Positions 1 through 7,888 of a DNA stretch of 64,000 bases are shown here, piece by piece. Location of the stretch: assembly GCA_963706325.1 (NCBI GenBank), contig CAVPLT010000004.1, positions 160,001 to 224,000 of the forward strand, given 5' to 3'. The notes beneath the pieces are model-generated. The model worked only from the letters and a program-made list of their open reading frames with translations. It was not told the DNA's origin and ran no database searches. Positions within the stretch are counted from its first letter, which is position 1; each line of letters starts with the position of its first letter. Position numbers and translations under genes: made by a program. The DNA comes from an uncultured Nitrospiraceae bacterium (lineage in GTDB: Bacteria > Nitrospirota > Nitrospiria > Nitrospirales > Nitrospiraceae).

Positions 1-1065
1 AAATTCCGTGAGAAACGCGCGCCCGCCAGGCTTGAGGACGCGCCAGACTTCGGCGACAAGGCGCATCGGCCCCAGGTTAAAGATCACTTCTTCGGGCAAT
101 TCTTTTTCGAGTGGTAAGCGGAGTCGCCTGATCCAGTCCAAGGCTTCTTGATGTTGGGGTGTTTCTCCGCGGCCCTCTGTGAGCTCCTTGCGCGTCAGTT
201 TCACGGGTGTCATGTCCGCCATATTCTCGTTATCGAGGATAAGGTCGATCGAATTATCTTTGAAGGGCAGGCATTCGCCGTTGGCATGGGTGCCGGTGCC
301 GGTCCAGCCTCCGGCCTTGGCGCGTTTTGTTTGGAGCTGCAGGAATGGACGGGTGATATCCAGCGAAATGTACTGGATCCCTTGTTTCTCGAACGGCAGC
401 AGTTCTTGTCCCAGTTCGCGGGCGACATAGCCGAGCCCGCCTCCGATCTCAAGAATGACTTTTGGTTTCGGTTTGAACCAGCCCAAGCGGCGTAGTTGAC
501 GCATGAGCAGGCGACCATAAGTGGTGCCGCCCAGTGCCTCGCAGGGCTCGCGAAAAAGATGGGACACCGTGGTCTCGATCAAGTCGAAGTGACCGTCTTC
601 CAGGTCGCTTTCTTTCAGCTCATGGACATGGAAGTCCTCGAGGTGTTCCTCGCCCTCGAAGTCTTGTTGGCCGGACCAGCTCTCACGAATCTGTTGCAGC
701 AGCAGATCCCACTTGGCTTTGTGCCGATGGCCGCCGGGCGGTTCGGTGCCGAAGTAGCAAAGAGAATAATTGGGAGTCGACCAACGCTCCAAATGCCAGG
801 CGCCGGGCTGGCCGTCCGGTCCGCAAATCTTGTTGCCGTATTTCTCCAGTAGCGCGCTGACGGTGATGTGCCCGTTCATGGAGGCGAGCATTTCGATCCC
901 GACTGCGTTCAGCCGAACGAGGGGGAAGTCGTCGTCGAGTGGTGCCAACCACCATTCGTCGAAGGCGTGCTGGTACGCGACAAGGTCGGGAATGCGCCAG
1001 GCGAGCAGGCTGAGGACATCGCCGCTCAGATTGAGCGGCTCTTGAATGGCTGCGGCAGCTTTCAT
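1..1065 (-). CDS. Class I SAM-dependent methyltransferase with N-terminal extension (runs off the left edge of the window)
   Basis: Not in the ORF track. Translated by hand from ATG at 1065 (MKAAAAIQEPLNL...), open to position 1. Contains the SAM motif VILEIGGGLG, then LPFKDNSIDLI and EVWRVLKPGGRAFLTEF. Confidence 0.85.
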   Translation of the reverse strand, partial: MKAAAAIQEPLNLSGDVLSLLAWRIPDLVAYQHAFDEWWLAPLDDDFPLVRLNAVGIEMLASMNGHITVSALLEKYGNKICGPDGQPGAWHLERWSTPNYSLCYFGTEPPGGHRHKAKWDLLLQQIRESWSGQQDFEGEEHLEDFHVHELKESDLEDGHFDLIETTVSHLFREPCEALGGTTYGRLLMRQLRRLGWFKPKPKVILEIGGGLGYVARELGQELLPFEKQGIQYISLDITRPFLQLQTKRAKAGGWTGTGTHANGECLPFKDNSIDLILDNENMADMTPVKLTRKELTEGRGETPQHQEALDWIRRLRLPLEKELPEEVIFNLGPMRLVAEVWRVLKPGGRAFLTEF

Positions 1066-1145
1066 CTGATTCGGTCCTGCGCAAGAGAAGCCGCAGCCTA
1101 CACGAGGGCGACTCCGACGTGCAAGAACTCGATGAGGAAGATTGT

Positions 1146-1517
1146 TTAGGTTTGGGCGGGGAGCAGGGTGGAGTCGGTCACAATGATGATGCCGCGCATA
1201 ATCGGATGAATGCGACATTGATAGGGATATCGGCCAGGCGGAAGGTTCGGGATGGTGTAGGTGCCTCCCGGGTCGACGGCGCCGGAATCAAAGGCGCAGC
1301 GGCCGCTGTCAAAGCATCCATCGTGCGTGACGGTATGCTGGGTCGGCGTGGGATTATCCCATCGAATAGCCGCACCGGCACTTACTGTGACGGCAGCGGG
1401 CACGTAATAAGGCGAACCACTATCCATGAGGATTTGGGCCGCCGGGGGAGTGGCCGAGGTGGGCCAAGCTGGTAGAGCCCCTAGCACAAGAGCTACTATT
1501 ATGATTCTCCAACTCAT
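1146..1517 (-). CDS. Secreted cupredoxin (plastocyanin/azurin-like blue copper protein)
   Basis: Signal peptide from MSWRIIIVALVLG; HTVT motif and C-terminal YPYQCRIHPIMRG type-1 copper ligand loop (Cys/His/Met). Confidence 0.85.
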   Translation of the reverse strand: MSWRIIIVALVLGALPAWPTSATPPAAQILMDSGSPYYVPAAVTVSAGAAIRWDNPTPTQHTVTHDGCFDSGRCAFDSGAVDPGGTYTIPNLPPGRYPYQCRIHPIMRGIIIVTDSTLLPAQT

Positions 1518-1859
1518 GAGATCAAAAATCCGGTGACTGGTTCTATTTATATTATACATAGAGAACAGCTCAATGCGGAAGGATTCAATAGGACTGCCGG
1601 CTTGACGAAAAATTAGGCCAACGTGCTGGTTAGAGCAATAGGGGGGCTAGGCAATTCCGGCAAGGTACAGAGGAATTCAGGTCGTTGTGAAGGAGTTGAG
1701 GTAGTGGTGAACCCAAGGTTTGAGAGCGTGGTTCGATGTCTCAACCTGATACGGCCCCATGCTGAGCTCTAGCTGTTGCAAGAAACCGGCGGTTCATGCT
1801 AGATGGAGGCCGCTTTACCACCGACGTGCCGAGGTGAGGACCTAAGAGGAGGGCGTGGA

Positions 1860-2495
1860 ATGGCAAAGAAGAGCGTGAAAAAGAAAGTCGTCGCCGCGAA
1901 ACGTAGGCGGCCGAAGAAAGTCGCGACAAAGAAGGCGGGGAAGCCTAAGAAAGCTGCGACGGCAAAGAAGGCTGGAGCGGCCAAAAAGGTTGTGCCGCAA
2001 AAAAAAGCCAAGAAGGCGGCGCCAGGGAAGACCATCGCGAAAAAGACCGTCAAAAAACCGGCCCTCAAAATAACCAAAAAGAAAACGACCACGAAGCCCC
2101 AGCGCGCTGTCAAAAAGGCGAACCCGACTACCCTGTCCGCTAGACCCGCGGCAAAGCCTGCAGCGAAGCCTAAGCCTCAGTCGACTCAACCTGTGCTGCC
2201 AAAGGCGAAGCCGTCGATTGAGCCTTCCGGGGAGGTTCCAGAGGCAAAATCGGTGACGTCTGTCGGGACAGGCTCGAGCAAGGCGACAAAGTTTGATGTG
2301 GAACCGTCACAACCGGAGTTGGAAGACGAAGAAGAATTGGTGGAAGACATCGACGATGTCTCGGAAGAGATCGAGGAGGAGGAAGTAGAAGAGGTAGAAG
2401 AAGAACTCGGCCTCGATAGTCAAGACGACGATGTCGACTATCTAGAAAAGTCTGAAGATCTCCTGGATGACACGGACGAGTATCGTAACAATTAG
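1860..2495 (+). CDS. Low-complexity protein: histone H1-like Lys/Ala/Pro-rich N-terminus plus Asp/Glu-rich C-terminus
   Basis: AGGAGG upstream of ATG 1860 (MAKKSVKKK); KKAA/PAAK repeats, then ELEDEEELVEDIDDVSEEIEEEEVEEVEEE. Confidence 0.8.
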   Translation: MAKKSVKKKVVAAKRRRPKKVATKKAGKPKKAATAKKAGAAKKVVPQKKAKKAAPGKTIAKKTVKKPALKITKKKTTTKPQRAVKKANPTTLSARPAAKPAAKPKPQSTQPVLPKAKPSIEPSGEVPEAKSVTSVGTGSSKATKFDVEPSQPELEDEEELVEDIDDVSEEIEEEEVEEVEEELGLDSQDDDVDYLEKSEDLLDDTDEYRNN

Positions 2496-2706
2496 CTCAC
2501 ATTGGAGTCGTGGCGGCCGCGCGGTTCCCGGTTGATGTCCCCTGCGCTCGACTTCTCCTCGCCAGTGAGAGCGTGACAAGACAACCAGCCTGCCGGTATG
2601 GCGCAGCATGCGCGAATCCAGCCGCCTGTGCGCTCCGTGGTCGGAGTTCCCAGACCTTCGGTGGCGTGTGCCGAGGTTGCCGCTCATCAGATCTCTGGTA
2701 TTTCCC

Positions 2707-3159
2707 ATGAGTCATTTTCTCTTTATCGCCGGCGCCTTGCGCGAACGGAGTTCCCAGGACAGCGCTCAACTCCAGCTGGGTGCCGGCATATGGGGACTGT
2801 GCACCGCGTTGATTCGCGACAATCTTCAAAAGTTTCTAACGCCGGAATCTCATGGATTCGTCTATGTCTTGAAAGAGGGGATCTGCGCGGAGTTTGCGAT
2901 TGCCTCGCCGGTGCTGTCGGTGCAGGCCTTGGACGACTTTCTGAAGGACGAGGTGCGGACGGAAGCGCGATATGGGTTTGTGCGGATTACGCCGGTGCGA
3001 CGGTGGCACGGCCATGCTCAGGAATGCCAGGTTTTGTTGCAGCGAGTGTTGGATATCAAGGAGCCTACGGAACTAACCCGGCGGCTGAGCCTGGGAATGC
3101 ATCGACTGGATCACGCGGAGTACCAGGCAATTCTCGAAGGGTTGGGTCCTGGCGAGTGA
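2707..3159 (+). CDS. Hypothetical protein, possibly EVE/PUA-like fold
   Basis: About 150 aa from MSHFLFIAG. The layout GIWGL...GFVYV...GMHRLDHAEYQAIL loosely resembles EVE domains; judged by eye. Confidence 0.55.
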   Translation: MSHFLFIAGALRERSSQDSAQLQLGAGIWGLCTALIRDNLQKFLTPESHGFVYVLKEGICAEFAIASPVLSVQALDDFLKDEVRTEARYGFVRITPVRRWHGHAQECQVLLQRVLDIKEPTELTRRLSLGMHRLDHAEYQAILEGLGPGE

Positions 3160-3191
3160 CCGGAGCCGTGACCTCCGCAACGAAAGCTCGT

Positions 3192-3863
3192 TTAGTCGAG
3201 CGTGCTTCCGGTCATAAGATGGTAAGCCGCCTCGATTGTGCCGACCTCCTTCACCTCGACGTTGAGATCCCACGCCAACCGGTTGATGTTCCAGCGAGGA
3301 TCGTCACGCTGGCCTTCAGGGATCAGGATGATGCGGTAGCCCTCGCGGACAGCGGCGCGAATCTTGTCCGAGATGCCTCCCACCGGCCCAATCGTGCCGT
3401 CTTTGGCAATGGTGCCTGTGAGGGCCACGCCTCGCCGAATGCGATCCCCTTTCAGCAGCGCGGCAAACCCCACTGTCATCACGGCACCAGCGCTGGGGCC
3501 GTCGCTTCCGGTCGAGGTGTAGGCGATGCCGATGGCGCTGACGGTGCCTGTATGATCGACGCTCGACGTGTGGTCGAGGGCGTATTGGAAGGCCAGGGCC
3601 ATCGAGCTGAGATTGCTTTGTCCAGGCCGAATGTTGCCGCCCTGCCAGCGTAAGGCTATCGGCGAGGGGCTAGGCTGCCGATCCCACCGCAGTAAGAGGA
3701 TTTCAAAGACGCCTCGGTCGTTGGCTTGGATCGCGGCCAACACCGGGATTTCGACGACTGATTCCGCGGTGGCCGGCCGAGACTCACTGAACAGTACCGT
3801 CGCACACAGCAACAAGATGCGCAAAGCCGTGCTCGTGATGACAGGGGCAGTGGAGGGGGGCAT
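3192..3863 (-). CDS. Stand-alone Lon-type (S16) serine protease domain protein with signal peptide
   Basis: SDGPSAG catalytic Ser motif, ALTGTI...IGPVGGISDKI catalytic Lys region, hydrophobic N-terminus from MPPSTAP. The longer ORF-track start would overlap the divergent gene. Confidence 0.85.
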   Translation of the reverse strand: MPPSTAPVITSTALRILLLCATVLFSESRPATAESVVEIPVLAAIQANDRGVFEILLLRWDRQPSPSPIALRWQGGNIRPGQSNLSSMALAFQYALDHTSSVDHTGTVSAIGIAYTSTGSDGPSAGAVMTVGFAALLKGDRIRRGVALTGTIAKDGTIGPVGGISDKIRAAVREGYRIILIPEGQRDDPRWNINRLAWDLNVEVKEVGTIEAAYHLMTGSTLD

Positions 3864-3960
3864 ATGAAGGGAGTCTATCAAAAGTGTTTTTGCAGTAAAG
3901 TATTCACTCGATTTCCTGCCCCATCTTCCAATGGTCGCTTGCCTCTGTAGAAGGCCGCGT

Positions 3961-5067
3961 ATGGAGGTGTCGAAGAGGCTCTTTGTCACAAGGTTAGCCC
4001 CGGCTTGGCTGATGACGTTCGGCATGTTCTTGGGAGCGGTCCTCACCCCCGAAATGCTTCGCGCGAAATGTACGGCGGACAGGGGCGGGAGCAGCGCGAC
4101 CGTGGCGTTCACCCTGCGACTGAGCAGCGCCTGTACCGAGGCTGAGCGCGAGGCGCATGCGATTCCCGCGCAAGACCTGTTGCGCGCCCTTACGTCAGGT
4201 AAAGGGATAGACTTGGCGGGTGTTGTGATCCAAGGCGACCTGCTGCTCGATGAGCTGCCGCTACAGAAAGTGGCAGCGTTGCGGGATCTCTCGCCCGAAG
4301 ACCGTCGAGAACTCGATGGACTCAGGGATGAAGGCGTCCACGTCATCCATGGGCCGTTTGTCATCAAGAACGCGCGAGTCGAGGGACGGATCATCAATCG
4401 GCTCAAAGAAGGCTTTCTGCTGATCACCGGACCAGTGGTGTTGGCGCAGACACATTTCAAACGATCCGTCGATCTGTCGCGTACGGTGTTTCTCGGTCTG
4501 GTCGATGGATCGAAGGCGACCTTCGAGCAGGAGAGTTATTTTGTGCAGGATCGCTTTACGCAGGGCGCCATGTTCTCGGACACTCGGTTCGGTCCGCATG
4601 CCCGGTTTCATCGCTCGAGGTTTGCCGGTCCGGCCATTTTCCGCGGTGCCGCATTCAAGGGCTTGACGGAGTTTTTAGAGGTGGTCTTTGAACAGGATGC
4701 GAATTTCTCGCATGCGTCGTTTCACATGGGGACCGGATTTTCCGGCGTGCATTGCCGTGGTAAATGCAATTTCTCGTCCACACACTTCGATCGAGAGGCC
4801 TTCTTCCTCTTTGCGCTCTTTGAGCGCTCCACCAGCTTTGACTCGGCGCGATTCGAGGCGCAGGCAGACTTTTCCGATGCTGCTTTCAAAGAAGGTGACG
4901 ACCTTGCACAGGCAGTTTTCGCCCACCCACCGGTTTTGACTCGGACTGCTCGGGTCACTGGCACGACGCCCGGTCGAGTTGAGGGAGCCCCCTCGTCGCA
5001 GGCGCTAACAATTGTGCTCGTTTTGATGGCAGGTGCACTGTTGTTCTATATCATTAGAGCCAAATGA
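3961..5067 (+). CDS. Pentapeptide-repeat protein, exported and C-terminally anchored
   Basis: Repeated A-x-F-x-x-x-x-F periodicity, N-terminal signal-like segment and C-terminal transmembrane helix. Confidence 0.75.
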   Translation: MEVSKRLFVTRLAPAWLMTFGMFLGAVLTPEMLRAKCTADRGGSSATVAFTLRLSSACTEAEREAHAIPAQDLLRALTSGKGIDLAGVVIQGDLLLDELPLQKVAALRDLSPEDRRELDGLRDEGVHVIHGPFVIKNARVEGRIINRLKEGFLLITGPVVLAQTHFKRSVDLSRTVFLGLVDGSKATFEQESYFVQDRFTQGAMFSDTRFGPHARFHRSRFAGPAIFRGAAFKGLTEFLEVVFEQDANFSHASFHMGTGFSGVHCRGKCNFSSTHFDREAFFLFALFERSTSFDSARFEAQADFSDAAFKEGDDLAQAVFAHPPVLTRTARVTGTTPGRVEGAPSSQALTIVLVLMAGALLFYIIRAK

Positions 5068-5164
5068 GTTTCCCCGACCCCACCACATATAGTTTTGATG
5101 TTGCCGGTCCCCACATAACTTGGTATAAGGTTGAAACTTTGTCCAAGGGAGTATCTAGTACCTG

Positions 5165-5944
5165 ATGGACCAACCTGAACTGCCCTACCAAGTTAAGATC
5201 GAGAATTTCGAAGGCCCCCTCGATCTCCTCTTGCACCTCATCAAGAAGAACGAGATCAACATCTACGATATTCCCATTGCGCTGATTGCACAGCAGTATT
5301 TGGACTATCTGTCGGTGATGAAGGAACTGAATCTCGGCGTGGCCGGCGAATTTCTCGTGATGGCGGCTACATTGCTCCATATCAAATCGCGAATGTTATT
5401 GCCGGTAGAGGAAGCAGCCGTGGATGAGGATGACGGCCCGGATCCACGCGAGGAGCTCGTGCGCCGGTTGCTCGAATACAAACAGTTCAAGGAGGCAGCC
5501 TCGCAACTTGATTACAAGGAGCGTTTATGGCGGGACGTGTTTTCGCGAGAATCTGGGTCAGAGGTGGAACTCACCAAGGATGAGAATCTGCTTGATGAGA
5601 TTTCTTTGTTCGACCTGGTCGATGCGTTGCAGGGAGTGCTTTCGCGCCATCCCGGGAAGCGTCTGGTCGAAATCATTCCTGACAACTTGACCGTTCGCAC
5701 CCGTATGAGCGCTATTATTGAGGCGCTGGAAGAGCATGAGTCCATGGCGTTCACCGAGTTATTCGAGGCTTCCAGCCATCGGCTGGTCGTGATTGTGACC
5801 TTCCTAGCGCTGCTTGAGCTGATTCGCATCAGGGTCGTACGTGTATTTCAAAGCGAAACCTTTGGGGCGATCCTTGTTTCACGCGCTTTTTCAGCCGTTG
5901 CAGAAGGGGAATTAGTGGAGGAGTCCGAATGGAAGAACCTATGA
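5165..5944 (+). CDS. scpA: Segregation and condensation protein A
   Basis: FEGPLDLLLHLI, EFLVMAATLLHIKSRMLLP and VVTFLALLEL-like motifs. Confidence 0.95.
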   Translation: MDQPELPYQVKIENFEGPLDLLLHLIKKNEINIYDIPIALIAQQYLDYLSVMKELNLGVAGEFLVMAATLLHIKSRMLLPVEEAAVDEDDGPDPREELVRRLLEYKQFKEAASQLDYKERLWRDVFSRESGSEVELTKDENLLDEISLFDLVDALQGVLSRHPGKRLVEIIPDNLTVRTRMSAIIEALEEHESMAFTELFEASSHRLVVIVTFLALLELIRIRVVRVFQSETFGAILVSRAFSAVAEGELVEESEWKNL

Positions 5945-6837
5945 GTCTCAGCATGGGGGATGCGGTCGAGGGGCCTGCCGAGGGGCGGGAGGGCGCCGAA
6001 GAGCCTACTGCTCACGTTGGTGAGTCCGAGGTGGAGCCCGACGCGGGAGAATCTGTTGCCACTGAGATGTCGGCGTCAGCTTCTGATTTGGCTCATTCTG
6101 ACCTGCGGGCCTTGAAGGGAATCCTTGAGGCATTGCTCTTTGTCACGGCCGATCCCATCCCGGTTACCAGGTTCTTGGCATTGCTCGGAGCAGTTACTAA
6201 GCATGAAATCGAACAAGCCTTAGCCAGCCTCAGTGACGACTACGAACAGGAAGGCCGTGGGCTGCAATTGGCTGAGGTAGCCGGTGGCTATCGGATCATG
6301 ACCAAGGCAGAATTTGCGCCCTGGCTGAAGCGCCTGGAGAAGGTGAAGGCCCCATCGAAACTCTCCCGATCCGCCTTGGAATCACTAGCGATCATTGCCT
6401 ATAAGCAACCGATCGTGCGCGCCGAGGTAGAGCAAATTCGCGGCGTGGAAACGTCGGGAGTGATCCGGACTTTATTGGAGCGAAAACTTGTGCGTATCGT
6501 TGGCCGGAAGGAAGAACCGGGGCGTCCGATCATGTATGGGACGACGAAATTCTTCCTTGAACATTTTGGTTTGCGAGATTTATCCCAGCTGCCACCGCTG
6601 CGCGAGTTCAGGGAGTTGGGCGAGTCCGAGCAGGCGATGTTGCCGATTGATGAGTCCGTTGAGGTGGTGGGAGCGTCGTTGACGCAACCCCCAGCATCTT
6701 CAACTCAGGAGCAGGCGGATGGGGCACAAGGTGAGGTCACCCCCATCGAAGTGAATGGCACAGCAATAGAGATGGGTGAAATCAATGCTAATGCGGAGAA
6801 TGACTTCGTGGCCGCCGATGTAACAGAAGAATCGTAA
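5941..6837 (+). CDS. scpB: SMC-Scp complex subunit ScpB
   Basis: LSRSALESLAIIAYKQP, GRPIMYGTTKFFLEHFGL; ATGA overlap with the scpA stop. Confidence 0.95.
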   Translation: MSLSMGDAVEGPAEGREGAEEPTAHVGESEVEPDAGESVATEMSASASDLAHSDLRALKGILEALLFVTADPIPVTRFLALLGAVTKHEIEQALASLSDDYEQEGRGLQLAEVAGGYRIMTKAEFAPWLKRLEKVKAPSKLSRSALESLAIIAYKQPIVRAEVEQIRGVETSGVIRTLLERKLVRIVGRKEEPGRPIMYGTTKFFLEHFGLRDLSQLPPLREFRELGESEQAMLPIDESVEVVGASLTQPPASSTQEQADGAQGEVTPIEVNGTAIEMGEINANAENDFVAADVTEES

Positions 6838-6911
6838 CCTGTCCCCCTGAGGCTAACCCCCTCTCCCAGGAAGGGATATGGGTGAACTCTACCCAGTGTT
6901 AGTTCGTGTGA

Positions 6912-6958
6912 AAGGTCTCCAGGAAGTTGCCTGCCAGGAGGATGCTTCTGGAGATCTT
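6912..6958. terminator. Inverted repeat between convergent genes (probable terminator)
   Basis: AAGGTCTCCAG...CTGGAGATCTT stem between scpB and the convergent gene ending at 7000. Confidence 0.5.
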
Positions 6959-6999
6959 CTCTAGTGTCCCCGGAGGCACGACTCGCTCTTGTAGGCTAG

Positions 7000-7572
7000 T
7001 TAGTGGCAGCCAATGGGAATAAAGCCTGCTCCGAATATCCGTGAAAGGGCCACATACCGGGCGTTGTCATAAAACGCATAGCTTGGGGCCTGCCAGTTGC
7101 GCGCCGTTGGATTTCCACCGTAGGATGGGTCGGTTCCGAAGAAGAATCCTCCGCGACTGTTCTGCGTGAGGTGAATCCATTCCATATACATACCGCAGAC
7201 TTCACCTTGGACCGAAGTGCCCGCCGTATTACCCGCATACCAATCCCGCGCAAAATCAGGAACCTGCGTCATATTTCGCACGGCTCCCATTGGGGTGTCA
7301 TAAGCAAAATCAGGCATTCCAGGTGCCGCCTGATAGATTGAACCACCGGTTGAAGGCCGGAACGGTAAATCTGGTAATGAGGATACGATTGAAAGTGCCT
7401 GAAGCATTTTGGGCTGGCAACCCGGCCGTTCTTTGTTCGTGTAAAGAATTGTACCATCAGGGCTCGGGCATTCCCACATGTCCACCGCTGATGATTCAGT
7501 CGCTCGAACAGTTGTTGGGGCGAGCATCAGACTCGCGGCGAGGGTAGCGAGCACAAGTCGTGTTGACCACAT
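7000..7572 (-). CDS. Exported protein with DUF4124-like N-terminal domain
   Basis: Signal peptide, then MWECPSPDGTILYTNKERPGC; GGAGG ribosome-binding site upstream. Confidence 0.7.
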   Translation of the reverse strand: MWSTRLVLATLAASLMLAPTTVRATESSAVDMWECPSPDGTILYTNKERPGCQPKMLQALSIVSSLPDLPFRPSTGGSIYQAAPGMPDFAYDTPMGAVRNMTQVPDFARDWYAGNTAGTSVQGEVCGMYMEWIHLTQNSRGGFFFGTDPSYGGNPTARNWQAPSYAFYDNARYVALSRIFGAGFIPIGCH

Positions 7573-7796
7573 GATACACCTCCGATTGGTTGCATCCTAT
7601 TCGAACATGCCGTCAGTTTTTGTATCGAGACTGCAGAGCCTAAGATATTCGTAAGAATCGCGTCCATCCAGCTTTGGGGGGATGGACGCAACCCGGACTC
7701 AATATCGTGGGCTCATGGCCGCGCGGTCGATCCATGTCACCCTACTGGCGATCAGGTTGAGCAGCAAGGAGCCGAGTCAGACGTGCGGTTCGTGCC

Positions 7797-7826
7797 TTGA
7801 CTCCATTCTTTTCGCTTTGTTAGACT
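7797..7826 (+). promoter_or_regulatory. Sigma-70-like promoter for the NHL gene/guaB cluster
   Basis: TTGACT-18 bp-TAGACT, with TG just upstream of the -10 box. Confidence 0.55.
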
Positions 7827-7888
7827 GCCCGATCTAAGTTATTGAAACATCCGCTAATCTTCACCAATCTCGTACCACGAGGAACACC

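Noticed and set aside
3864..4460. Long N-terminal extension of the Lon-like ORF (3192-4460)
   Set aside because: It is antisense to the pentapeptide-repeat gene; a signal peptide follows the ATG at 3863.
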